Assembly: GCA_038325635.1 (NCBI GenBank)
Contig: JBBQJE010000001.1
Location: 1 to 41,905 of the forward strand
Direction of reading: 5' to 3'
Source of the DNA: Bacteroidales bacterium
GTDB taxonomy: Bacteria > Bacteroidota > Bacteroidia > Bacteroidales > Prolixibacteraceae
Length of the DNA stretch: 41,905 nt
Of this stretch, positions 9,216 through 18,334 are shown piece after piece. The translations under genes were made by a program, and so were the position numbers. The notes beneath the pieces were generated by a model, which worked only from the letters and a program-made list of their open reading frames with translations, made no database searches and was not told where the DNA came from. Position 1 is the stretch's first letter. Each line of letters opens with the position of its first letter.

Positions 9216-10130
9216 CTATAGTTCAAAAATATCCCCGTCGTTTGCAGGATAAGTCTCCGGAAAGATAGCTCTGGCCTCATCCACAAGTGGAGTAATCGTT
9301 TTATATCTCGAAGAAAAATGTCCGATTACCAACTTCTTTACATTAGCTAATTTCGCCATCTCCGCGGCCTGAACGGACGTTGAATGAAAAGTTTTTCTGG
9401 CTAATTCGGCGAGGTCGCCTGCAAATGTGGCTTCGTGGTAAAGTAAATCCGCACCTTCTATAATTGGTGCAATCCCTTTTTGGAAAATTGTATCCGTACA
9501 AAATGCATAGCTTCTGGTTGGGTTCGGGGGAAGTGTAAGATCCTTGTTTGATACTACATTACCATTTGGGAGAATCAAGTCAGCACCGTTTTTTATATTT
9601 GATCGCTGCGAGACAGGAATTTCATAAAATTCGAGAGCACTTTTATCGAGGTGCAATTCTGAGGCTAATTCCTGAAAAAGAAACCCACAGCAAGATATCC
9701 TGTGTTTCAGCGGAAAAGAGGTAATACGGACTTTTTTATCTTCAAAAAGGATCGAATTTCGCTTAAAATTTAACGGATGATAGGTAACTTTAAGATCGGT
9801 TATCTCATGCATAAACTTCATCATCCCTTCCATCATCAGTGGCAAATCTGAGTGTGCATAAATATGCAACTCTCCCTTTTTCCCATATAAGGCTAGAGAA
9901 GAGATCAATCCCGGCAATCCATATATATGATCACCATGCAAATGAGAGATAAAGATATGGTTGATTCTGCCCATCTTGAATCCAAATTTCCGCAATTGAA
10001 TCTGAGCGCCTTCACCGCAATCAATAAGGTAAAGCTGTTCGTTAAGCTTAACCACCTGTGAAGTTGGAAACCTTTGAGAAGTTGGTAACGCAGAACTGCT
10101 TCCGAGTATTGTAACCGTAAATGAATTCAT
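9216..10130 (-). CDS. rnz: ribonuclease Z
   Basis: Metallo-beta-lactamase motif HLHGDH and an N-terminus ILGSSSALP typical of RNase Z. The tracked ORF begins at TTG 10136, but I prefer the ATG at 10130 (MNSFTVTILG). Confidence 0.85.
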   Translation of the reverse strand: MNSFTVTILGSSSALPTSQRFPTSQVVKLNEQLYLIDCGEGAQIQLRKFGFKMGRINHIFISHLHGDHIYGLPGLISSLALYGKKGELHIYAHSDLPLMMEGMMKFMHEITDLKVTYHPLNFKRNSILFEDKKVRITSFPLKHRISCCGFLFQELASELHLDKSALEFYEIPVSQRSNIKNGADLILPNGNVVSNKDLTLPPNPTRSYAFCTDTIFQKGIAPIIEGADLLYHEATFAGDLAELARKTFHSTSVQAAEMAKLANVKKLVIGHFSSRYKTITPLVDEARAIFPETYPANDGDIFEL

Positions 10131-10140
10131 ATACAAAGAT

Positions 10141-10170
10141 AAAAAAACCCGACCATCTGGCCGGGTTTCT
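10141..10170 (-). terminator. terminator-like hairpin after rpsA
   Basis: Stem aaacccgacc / ggccgggttt with one mismatch and loop atct. On the minus strand a T7 run follows. It lies 25 nt past the rpsA stop. Confidence 0.6.
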
Positions 10171-10195
10171 AATTATTTAGATTTCGCGATAAGAA

Positions 10196-12250
10196 TTATT
10201 CCTTCTTCTCGTTTTCTTCCATTTGCGTACGTAGGGCAGCCAATTCGCTGATATCACCAAGAGTTGTTTTTTCCATGGTATCTTTCATCGGTTTAACACT
10301 CTTCGCAGTTTGTTTTGGAGCTGTAACTTTCTTCTTGGCTGTATCCTCAGTCTTCTTCACATCCTCATAAACACGTGAGTGAGAAAGGATGATTCTCTTG
10401 GCTGATTTAGAGAATTCAATAACTTTGAATTCCAATTTTTCGTCCATTTTCACATGGGATCCATCTTCTTTAACCAGATGACGTGGCGTAGCAAAACCTT
10501 CCACTCCGTAAGGAAGTGCGATTACTGCGCCTTTATCGAACAAATCGATAACGGTACCCTCGTGAATAGAATCGACAGTGAAGATCGTCTCGAATACATC
10601 CCATGGATTTTCTTCCAATTGTTTGTGTCCAAGGCTTAAGCGACGATTGTCTTTGTCGATATCAAGAACCTGAACTTCAATTTCAGAACCGATAGAGGTA
10701 AATTCTGAAGGATGTTTGATCTTTTTGGTCCAACTTAAATCACTGATGTGGATTAGTCCGTCGACACCTTCCTCTATTTCAACAAATACACCAAAATTGG
10801 TGAAATTGCGAACTTTAGCAGTGTGTGATGTACCAATTGTATATTTAGTTTCAATTTGTGACCAAGGATCATTCTTCATTTGCTTGATGCCTAACGACAT
10901 TTTATGTTCGTCACGGTCAAGAGTAAGAATTGTAGCTTCAACCTCATCACCTACTTTCAGGAAGTCCTGAGCAGAACGAAGGTGTTGTGACCAGCTCATT
11001 TCAGAAACGTGGATCAAACCTTCTACTCCGGGTGCTATTTCAATAAATGCGCCGTAGTCTGCAATAACAACCACTTTACCTTTCACAACATCACCTACTT
11101 TGAGATCAGCACTAACATTGTCCCATGGGTGAGAAGCCAATTGTTTTAAACCAAGAGCAATTCGTTTCTTTTCATCATCGAAGTCAAGGATAACCACGTT
11201 GATTTTTTCATCCAGCTGAACGATTTCGTTCGGATGAGCTACACGGCCCCAGCTAAGGTCGGTGATGTGAATCAAACCGTCAACACCACCCAAGTCGATG
11301 AATACGCCATAAGAAGTAATATTCTTAACGGTTCCTTCAAGAACTTGTCCTTTTTCTAATTTAGAAATGATGTCCTTTTTCTGTTGTTCTAATTCAGCTT
11401 CGATCAATGCTTTGTGAGAAACAACGACGTTTCTGAATTCGTGATTAATTTTAACCACTTTGAATTCCATCGTTTTACCAACATAAATATCATAATCGCG
11501 GATAGGCTTGACGTCAATTTGAGACCCTGGCAAGAATGCTTCAATTCCGAATACATCAACAATCATACCGCCTTTCGTACGGCATTTGATAAATCCGGTA
11601 ATAATTTCGTCGTTTTCAAGAGCAGCATTGACACGATCCCAGCTGCGCATAGCACGAGCCTTCTTGTGTGAGAGCGTTAACTGTCCCTTTTTATCTTCAA
11701 GAGTCTCAACATAAACCTCCACTTTATCGCCAATTTTCAGGCTTGGGTTGTATCTAAATTCGTTGACCGAAACAATTCCGTCGGATTTGTAGCCAATATT
11801 GACTACCACCTCACGTTTGTTCATTGAGATGACGATACCATCCACACACTCTTTTTCTTGTAAGATGGAGAGCGTATTGTCGTACATCTCGGTCATAGTT
11901 TGTTTTGAGGATGAACCTATTGTTGCTTTTTTGCCTTCATAAGCATCCCAGTCAAATTCCTCTTCTGTAGCGACTGCTGATGAAACCAATATTGGTTTAG
12001 GAGCAGCGACAACTTTTTCTGCAACTACAGATTCCTCGATTACAGCTACAGGTTCTTCTACAACCTCAGCAACCTCTTCTACTACAGGTTCTTCTACAAC
12101 CTCAGCAACTTGTTCCACTACCGGTTCTTCAATAACCGCAGATTCTTCTTCGATTATTGGAGTAACATCGGCAACTTCATTGGTGATTGGCTCAACAGCA
12201 GAATTCTCTTCTGTTTCGTTTACCTCCGGATTTTCGATAATTTCACTCAT
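10196..12250 (-). CDS. rpsA: 30S ribosomal protein S1 with an acidic repeat N-terminal extension
   Basis: 684 aa with six S1/OB repeats (recurrent G.V..I..YGAF/VFI...EGLIH.S). It is preceded by about 105 aa of E/V/P-rich low-complexity sequence. Confidence 0.95.
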   Translation of the reverse strand: MSEIIENPEVNETEENSAVEPITNEVADVTPIIEEESAVIEEPVVEQVAEVVEEPVVEEVAEVVEEPVAVIEESVVAEKVVAAPKPILVSSAVATEEEFDWDAYEGKKATIGSSSKQTMTEMYDNTLSILQEKECVDGIVISMNKREVVVNIGYKSDGIVSVNEFRYNPSLKIGDKVEVYVETLEDKKGQLTLSHKKARAMRSWDRVNAALENDEIITGFIKCRTKGGMIVDVFGIEAFLPGSQIDVKPIRDYDIYVGKTMEFKVVKINHEFRNVVVSHKALIEAELEQQKKDIISKLEKGQVLEGTVKNITSYGVFIDLGGVDGLIHITDLSWGRVAHPNEIVQLDEKINVVILDFDDEKKRIALGLKQLASHPWDNVSADLKVGDVVKGKVVVIADYGAFIEIAPGVEGLIHVSEMSWSQHLRSAQDFLKVGDEVEATILTLDRDEHKMSLGIKQMKNDPWSQIETKYTIGTSHTAKVRNFTNFGVFVEIEEGVDGLIHISDLSWTKKIKHPSEFTSIGSEIEVQVLDIDKDNRRLSLGHKQLEENPWDVFETIFTVDSIHEGTVIDLFDKGAVIALPYGVEGFATPRHLVKEDGSHVKMDEKLEFKVIEFSKSAKRIILSHSRVYEDVKKTEDTAKKKVTAPKQTAKSVKPMKDTMEKTTLGDISELAALRTQMEENEKKE
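12051..12150 (-). repeat. 36-bp in-frame tandem repeat inside the rpsA 5' region
   Basis: Plus-strand unit ggttcttctacaacctcagcaacctcttctactaca (12051-12086), a near-identical second unit (12087-12122) and a partial third. It encodes EEPVVE[EQ]VAEVV. Confidence 0.75.
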
Positions 12251-12299
12251 TTTAAAATTCCCTTAAATTAATAAATTAGACATTATTTTGAATTGGGCG

Positions 12300-12331
12300 C
12301 AAAGGTACACTATCATTACGTAAAAAACAAA
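12300..12331 (-). promoter_or_regulatory. candidate rpsA promoter (Bacteroidota -33/-7 type)
   Basis: On the minus strand: TTTG (12331-12328), a 20-nt spacer, then TACCTTTG (12307-12300). It sits about 50 nt upstream of the rpsA ATG. Confidence 0.45.
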
Positions 12332-12606
12332 CCAGGCAGACAAAAAAAAAATTCATCTAAGTGACTGATTGTTATGCTTATTAATCAGATACAAATTACG
12401 ATTATCACAAGGCTTCTCAAGTCAAAATCTACCTTTACAACCCTCCTTTCATGACGCTTTCACAACACCTCATTGAAATTCAGAAAACCCATTTTTCAAA
12501 CATACCTTTCATTTGTTTCATTCGATAAAGATAGACTCAGAAAAATTTTGTTTAGGTATTATAAGAGAATAATGACTGATATTCAAATAGAATTTTCCTT
12601 ATCATT

Positions 12607-12715
12607 ACCTCTACATATTCGAGATATTTATTCGTCACAATATTTTTTATACTCTACATAAATTTATAAATATCTCTTTATATTAATACTTTATATTTTT
12701 TTATACCTCTACATA
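12607..12715 (+). promoter_or_regulatory. three direct repeats (core CTCTACATA, two with TACCTCT) upstream of the DUF47/PiT-LuxR operon
   Basis: atTACCTCTACATAtt starts at 12605, ttataC-TCTACATAaattta has CTCTACATA at 12652, and ttataCCTCTACATAtttat has it at 12707. Core-to-core spacing is 43 and 55 bp. The last copy is about 90 bp before the ATG at 12806. Confidence 0.4.
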
Positions 12716-12805
12716 TTTATTTACACTTGAATTGACTAATTTTTTATTTCTCTCAATTTTTTATTTATTTGTGCTTGATTCAAAAGAAATTCAAAAACTG
12801 ATTGT

Positions 12806-13450
12806 ATGTTGTTTAAAAGAGCTAATCATTCTATTGACCTTATAGAAAATTTCCTTAGTACTGTCGATCAGAGTGTTCTGCTATTTAAGGAGGGGGTGAA
12901 ATATTACCTATACAATGACACAGAACGATTCAATGCGAATCTCGAATCACTTGCCAGGTTGGAATCAGATGCAGATACACTCAGAAGAGAAATCGAAAAT
13001 ACCCTTTATAGCCAATCGCTAATGCCTCAACTAAGGAGTGACATTTTAAGGTTATTGGAAGACTTTGATAAACTGATTGATCTTTCAAAAAAGAATTTAT
13101 TTCAGTTTGATGTGGAATCACCAAAAATCCCCGGAATATTGAATCAGGATTTTGTCAGGCTAACTCAAGTCTCTGTTTCAGCTGCTGAATCCGTTATTCC
13201 AGCAGCCAGACTCTATTTCAGAGATCCGCTGGGTGTTAAGGAGCAACTGCACCGGGTCTATTTTTATGAAAAGGAGACCGACCTGCTGGCTGATTCTCTC
13301 AGAAGAAAAATTTTTAACGAGTTACCTGATTTAAAATTAAGTGAAAAATTCCACCTGCGATACTTTTCACTTCATATTGAAATTATTTCTGATCAGGCCG
13401 AAGCATTGGCTGATTTGCTTTCCATAATGGCAATTAAACGAACCGTTTAG
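12806..13450 (+). CDS. DUF47 / PhoU-like (PhoU_div, TIGR00153-type) PiT accessory protein
   Basis: 214 aa, all-helical. Its length and its position 5 nt upstream of a PiT-family gene match the conserved DUF47-PiT pair. Confidence 0.75.
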   Translation: MLFKRANHSIDLIENFLSTVDQSVLLFKEGVKYYLYNDTERFNANLESLARLESDADTLRREIENTLYSQSLMPQLRSDILRLLEDFDKLIDLSKKNLFQFDVESPKIPGILNQDFVRLTQVSVSAAESVIPAARLYFRDPLGVKEQLHRVYFYEKETDLLADSLRRKIFNELPDLKLSEKFHLRYFSLHIEIISDQAEALADLLSIMAIKRTV

Positions 13451-13455
13451 CGTCC

Positions 13456-15213
13456 ATGATCTTACTTTTGTTCATATCAGGTGGTCTTTTCCTTGGATGG
13501 TCTTTAGGAGCCAACGGTGCAGCCAATTTATTTGGTACCGCGGTGGGCACCAAAATAATTAAATTCAAAAAAGCAGCATTAATTTCTGGAATATTTGTAA
13601 TACTTGGAGCATTAATGCATGGACAAGGAGGAGCAGATACCCTCAACAAACTGGGATCAATAGATGCACTTGGCGGAGCATTTACCGTATCATTATGTGC
13701 AGGCTTAACAATTTTTGCGCTCAGCTATTACAAGTTGCCTGCTTCAGCCACCCAGGCCATTGTAGGTGCCATTTTGGGATGGTGTTTCTTTACTAAAACT
13801 GGATTCGACAATACAACACTAAAAACAATTGCAATAAGTTGGATTTCAGCCCCTATACTAGGAGCATTACTTGCGCCACTTCTTTACCTTCTGCTTAGGT
13901 TTTACATGCAAAAAAGCAGGCTGCACATCATCAAACTTGATTTTTTTATCCGCGTGGCACTAGTCGTTGTAGGGGCATTTGGTGCCTATAGTCTTGGTGC
14001 GAACAACATCGCCAACGTAATGGGAGTTTTCCTATCTTCCTTTCCTGATTTAAGTTTTAATCTGGGATTTACTATACTTAGTGGAACCCAGTTGCTTTTT
14101 TTCTTAGGCGGACTTGCTATATCCGCTGGAATATATTCAAATGGCCGTAAAGTAATCGAAACCGTCGGCAACGGAATCATGGAGTTGACTCCGGAGGCGG
14201 CAATTGTTGTTGTATTTACACAGGCACTAATTCTTTTGGCATTCTCTTCCGTTACAATTTCTCATGCCTTACATTCAATCGGAATACCTGAATTACCGCA
14301 GGTTCCTGTTTCCGGTTCACAGGTTGTAATTGGCTCAATCATCGGAATCAGTCTTTTGAAAGGTGTTAATGAAGTTAAATTCAAATTGTTTGGCAATATA
14401 CTGACCGGTTGGATCCTTACCCCTCTAATTGCCCTAATTACCACATTCTTCTCACTCTTTATCGTTCAAAACGTATTTAAGATTATTGTTTCCAAATCGG
14501 AACATTCTCCGGAAACGGCTTTACAATCAGTTGTTACAAGACCAACTGAGGTAATCAATGTTCCTGTATCAGGTAATATTCCTCTTTTCATAGCGAGTAT
14601 CGTCCTTGTTTGTGTTGTCGCACTTATCGTATACCTCCAATTGCGTAAGTACCAGCTCAGCATTCAAATTCAAAGTAAAAAAAGCATTGGAGAGTCGCAA
14701 TACAGTGAGATGCAAAGGGCTCTAACGGACATTGAAATCAAAACCGTTCAACTTGAAAACAGTACGTTGGCCAGCCGACTGCAAGAAAAACGCAACGAGG
14801 TCGTCAATTTTGCACTCAATATCAGCGAACAACGCAGATTTCTTGACATGCTTGCTAAGAGGATAGAAGAAGCATATCATGAAGAGGAGACCACCAAACG
14901 AAAAGGAATTTTGAAAGAATTACTGACATCGTTACATCAAAAGATGTCCTTCTCTCACGAACTGGACGACCTATACCTGAAAGCAGAAAAAATACACCAC
15001 GACTTTCCTGCCAAGATTAATGAGAAATTTCCAGATCTAACTGAACAGGAAAAAAGACTAACCATTTTACTTCGTGTTGGGTTCTCAAGTAAAGAGATCG
15101 CATCAATTATGAATATCACCCCTAAAAGTGTGGAGATCAGCCGATATAGGCTTAGAAAAAAAATAAATATAGAGAATAAAGTCAATCTAACTCAATTCAT
15201 TAAAAGCATTTGA
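13456..15213 (+). CDS. PiT (PHO4) family membrane domain fused to a TM anchor, coiled coil and LuxR/GerE-type HTH
   Basis: 585 aa. Residues 1-345 carry the two PiT signature repeats, but as LGANGAANLFGTAVG (Gly21, nt 13516-13518) and LGANNIANVMG (Asn184, nt 14005-14007). An extra TM helix (IPLFIASIVLVCVVALIVYL) and about 130 aa of heptad-like helix follow. The protein ends in LTEQEKRLTILLRVGFSSKEIASIMNITPKSVEISRYRLRKKI, starting at nt 15037. Confidence 0.8.
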   Translation: MILLLFISGGLFLGWSLGANGAANLFGTAVGTKIIKFKKAALISGIFVILGALMHGQGGADTLNKLGSIDALGGAFTVSLCAGLTIFALSYYKLPASATQAIVGAILGWCFFTKTGFDNTTLKTIAISWISAPILGALLAPLLYLLLRFYMQKSRLHIIKLDFFIRVALVVVGAFGAYSLGANNIANVMGVFLSSFPDLSFNLGFTILSGTQLLFFLGGLAISAGIYSNGRKVIETVGNGIMELTPEAAIVVVFTQALILLAFSSVTISHALHSIGIPELPQVPVSGSQVVIGSIIGISLLKGVNEVKFKLFGNILTGWILTPLIALITTFFSLFIVQNVFKIIVSKSEHSPETALQSVVTRPTEVINVPVSGNIPLFIASIVLVCVVALIVYLQLRKYQLSIQIQSKKSIGESQYSEMQRALTDIEIKTVQLENSTLASRLQEKRNEVVNFALNISEQRRFLDMLAKRIEEAYHEEETTKRKGILKELLTSLHQKMSFSHELDDLYLKAEKIHHDFPAKINEKFPDLTEQEKRLTILLRVGFSSKEIASIMNITPKSVEISRYRLRKKINIENKVNLTQFIKSI

Positions 15214-15290
15214 ATACTATTGAAATTTAAAAAAACCAAAATGTGCGCAAAGATTAAAACAGAATTTAAAAATTTAATTCCCCGATTATT

Positions 15291-16676
15291 ATGAAAAACA
15301 GTTTTAAAATTGGGTTATTTGTGGTGATGATTTTTTCCACCGGCAGCCTGCTAAAAGGTCAGGGTCATGTCGCAATAGGTCATGACTCAGACTCAGTCCG
15401 TTACAATGCTTATGGGCAAAAGGTTATGCGATCTGATGCTGTTCCGGAGTATAGAAACGGTATTCTTTCGTTTGAGTCGCCAGATAAGATGTTTCGGACC
15501 TGGTTCGACCTTCGTGTTAATTTTGACGGAGCCTATTACTTCGACAAGAATGCACTGAATCCAATCGGCAGTGGCGTTATGTTACGTCGTTTGCGATTTG
15601 CCATGAAAACAGTACTTTACAAGCACTGGACCGGTGAAGTTGATTTGAATTTTGCCAATGGTTTGGATGTGAAAGATGCATTCATCGGGTACCGCGATGA
15701 CGATCTGAAATATTATTTTAAGGCGGGTTATTTCAAGGAACCTATTTGTGCGGAAACCACAACAACTTCGCGTTACCAAACATTTATTGAGGAACCATTC
15801 ATGACCACTTTTGCTCCTGCCCGTCAATTGGGCATAGGTGTTTCAAAATGGGATAAGAAGTATTTGGCTGCCGTTGGTATCCATTTTCAGGATGTTGAAA
15901 ATGCTCCATTGGTCGCTTTCACCCAAAATGTAAACAAAGCAGGCGGCACAGATGAAGGTTATTCAGCAAGCGGCAAATTTGTTTTCAAACCGATTAGCGA
16001 ATCGGACAGAGTGATACACCTTGGGGTTTCAGGATCATACCGTACTCCAAAAACAAGTTACGAGTTTCCCAACACTTTAAGATATTCAACTCGTGACATG
16101 ACTTCTGTTAACCGCAAAAAATATCTCGATAGCGACGATATTGCCCACGTGAAAAGTAACACTTTGTTTGGAGGTGAACTTTTTGCCAGCTATAAAAATT
16201 TCAAATTTGCCAGTGAGTATATGCAAACCAATGTTACCAGGGAAACTGGTTTTGAGAAATATAAGGCCAACGGCATGTATGCTTCGGTCGCATATTTGTG
16301 GTTTGGCGGCAGATACAGGTACAACGATGAAGAAGGTGAATACACCCAGATATCCCGCGGGAAAAAATGGGGCGATATTGAAACAGCTTTCCGTTTTGAC
16401 TACATCAATTTTAACGATAAAACTGCACAAATCATGGGTGGTAGCGCCAATGGGTATACTGCAGGAATTACTTACCATGTCAATTACAACGTAAAATTTA
16501 TGCTCAATTACTCCTATATTGATCATGATAGATATGCCAACGGTAAAGGTAAATTATTCGTAGGTCATGACTCCGGTGGAAATCTTACTTCAGATTACAG
16601 TAAGATTACTGAAGCAGCTGGTAAAGGCGGAGAAGATTACGGTTTCATCCAGGCAAGAGTAGAAATTGATTTTTAA
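15291..16676 (+). CDS. phosphate-selective porin O/P family outer-membrane protein
   Basis: 461 aa with a signal peptide. The motifs LRRLRFAMK...GEVDLNFANG...KDAFIGY and a C-terminal aromatic residue (EIDF) are typical of the OprO/OprP-like family. Confidence 0.75.
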   Translation: MKNSFKIGLFVVMIFSTGSLLKGQGHVAIGHDSDSVRYNAYGQKVMRSDAVPEYRNGILSFESPDKMFRTWFDLRVNFDGAYYFDKNALNPIGSGVMLRRLRFAMKTVLYKHWTGEVDLNFANGLDVKDAFIGYRDDDLKYYFKAGYFKEPICAETTTTSRYQTFIEEPFMTTFAPARQLGIGVSKWDKKYLAAVGIHFQDVENAPLVAFTQNVNKAGGTDEGYSASGKFVFKPISESDRVIHLGVSGSYRTPKTSYEFPNTLRYSTRDMTSVNRKKYLDSDDIAHVKSNTLFGGELFASYKNFKFASEYMQTNVTRETGFEKYKANGMYASVAYLWFGGRYRYNDEEGEYTQISRGKKWGDIETAFRFDYINFNDKTAQIMGGSANGYTAGITYHVNYNVKFMLNYSYIDHDRYANGKGKLFVGHDSGGNLTSDYSKITEAAGKGGEDYGFIQARVEIDF

Positions 16677-16688
16677 TTACATAGAACC

Positions 16689-18296
16689 ATGAAAAAGATA
16701 TTATTATTTATTGTTCTTTTCTCCAGCGCTTTACTTTTCAAAGCCTGCGTAAAAGATGAAGTATACGTTGACCCGAACCAACAACCCGGATCGGATATTA
16801 AACTATTGATTAATGAAGTTTCATCCAATGCAGGAGATCCTATTCCAGACTGGATTGAAATTTACAATCCGGGAAGTTCCGATATCGATATTACCGGATT
16901 TGGCGTATATGATAAAGTTGCGGCTATTTTCAAATTCCCCGCAGGAACTAAAGTTCCGGCCAAAGGGTATTTTGTTGTCCTTTGTGATGTGGCCACGGCG
17001 GCAACAGATCCAACTAATGTAGCTGCTTTTGGTATATCATCAGCAGGAGAGGGCGTTTCGCTCGTTGACAAAAATCTGGCAGTAATCGATCAGGTTACTG
17101 TTCCTGCTATGCCACTTGGTATTTCATACGCCCGCATACCTGATGGAGGTCCTACATTTACTAATGCCAATCCGACAAAAGGCAAGGCCAACAGCAATAC
17201 CAATAGTCCGCCGGCAATTGTTGCAACTGACATAACGAATGTAAATGATAATGAGCGGTATAAATTGAATATTACAGTTTCAGATGCATCAGGCTTGGGT
17301 GATGTAAAAATTTTCTACCAATCCTCGACTGAAGCCTCCTTTACCAGCATGGCACCTCTTGGAAGTGGATTATACACTTTCACTTTCCCATTGTTCAAAA
17401 TGGGTGAAACAGTCAAATACTATATTGAAGCAGCTGATGCGACTGGACTAAAATCCTATTACCCAATTTCGGCGCCGGCTACTCCGGGAACATTTACAGT
17501 AAAGGATGGTCTTGCACTTTTTACGAATGTTTCGCTCTCTTCAAATAACCCTCCGGCCAACGCAATGGTTACCGTCAATGCAACTCTATTTGACACCGGT
17601 GGTACTTCTGAAGCAAAATTGTATTACACAGTTAATTCTGAAGATGCCAATGCAAAGCTGACAGTAACGATGTCTTTGGTAAATGGTATTTGGACCGGCG
17701 ATATTCCGGGACAAAGTAACAATGCAATCATCCGATATTACCTAAGAGCCGTCGACAGCAAGGCTCAAAAATCCTATTATCCGATGGAAACATACGATGC
17801 AGCAGGTGTTGTGACCAGTACTTTCAATCATGACCTGGGTTCAACCTGGCCAAAAATCACGGTTGCTCCTCCGCCAAATTGGGCAGCAATCGTTCTGAAT
17901 GAAGTATGTGGTCAGCAGACTCCGGATGATGACTGGGTTGAATTCTTCAATAATTCAGATGCAGAAGTGGATATCAGCGGAATGAAGCTTATAAAGGACG
18001 GTGCTGTTGCAACTCCAATCTGGACAGCCCCGTCGGGGACAAAGATTGCTGCAAAAGCCTATAAAGTCGTTGCAACATTGCCAGCCGGTACCGGTTTGTT
18101 GGCAGGAATTTCAAATACTAAAGTTATCAAACTAGAAATGACGACACCTGCCGGAACCGTTGTAAGTACCTTCGAAAAAACGGCCAGTAATTTTCCAACC
18201 GGACATCCTGCTGACGGAAGCTACCAACGTACACCGAACGCAACAGGCGACTGGGCGGTAAAAACAGCTTATACAAAAGGGGCTGCCAATAATTAA
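16689..18296 (+). CDS. lipoprotein with two lamin-tail domains (LTD) flanking duplicated Ig-like modules
   Basis: 535 aa with lipobox LLFKAC. LTD signatures LINEVSSNAGDPIPDWIEIYNPG (N-terminal) and VLNEVCGQQTPDDDWVEFFNNS (C-terminal). There is an internal duplication (VKYYIEAADATGLKSYYP vs IRYYLRAVDSKAQKSYYP). Confidence 0.7.
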   Translation: MKKILLFIVLFSSALLFKACVKDEVYVDPNQQPGSDIKLLINEVSSNAGDPIPDWIEIYNPGSSDIDITGFGVYDKVAAIFKFPAGTKVPAKGYFVVLCDVATAATDPTNVAAFGISSAGEGVSLVDKNLAVIDQVTVPAMPLGISYARIPDGGPTFTNANPTKGKANSNTNSPPAIVATDITNVNDNERYKLNITVSDASGLGDVKIFYQSSTEASFTSMAPLGSGLYTFTFPLFKMGETVKYYIEAADATGLKSYYPISAPATPGTFTVKDGLALFTNVSLSSNNPPANAMVTVNATLFDTGGTSEAKLYYTVNSEDANAKLTVTMSLVNGIWTGDIPGQSNNAIIRYYLRAVDSKAQKSYYPMETYDAAGVVTSTFNHDLGSTWPKITVAPPPNWAAIVLNEVCGQQTPDDDWVEFFNNSDAEVDISGMKLIKDGAVATPIWTAPSGTKIAAKAYKVVATLPAGTGLLAGISNTKVIKLEMTTPAGTVVSTFEKTASNFPTGHPADGSYQRTPNATGDWAVKTAYTKGAANN

Positions 18297-18334
18297 CTAC
18301 AATGAGATTCTATTCAACCGATCCTTCTGTCCGG

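Noticed and set aside
12473-12661. 62-aa ORF in the long AT-rich rpsA/DUF47 spacer
   Set aside because: It has no convincing start context, an Ile/Phe/Tyr-rich product typical of translated AT-rich DNA, and it overlaps the repeat motifs. I treat it as non-coding regulatory DNA.
16086-16526. 146-aa minus-strand and 108-aa plus-strand ORFs inside the porin gene
   Set aside because: They are antisense or out of frame to a well-supported porin CDS, and I recognise no motifs.
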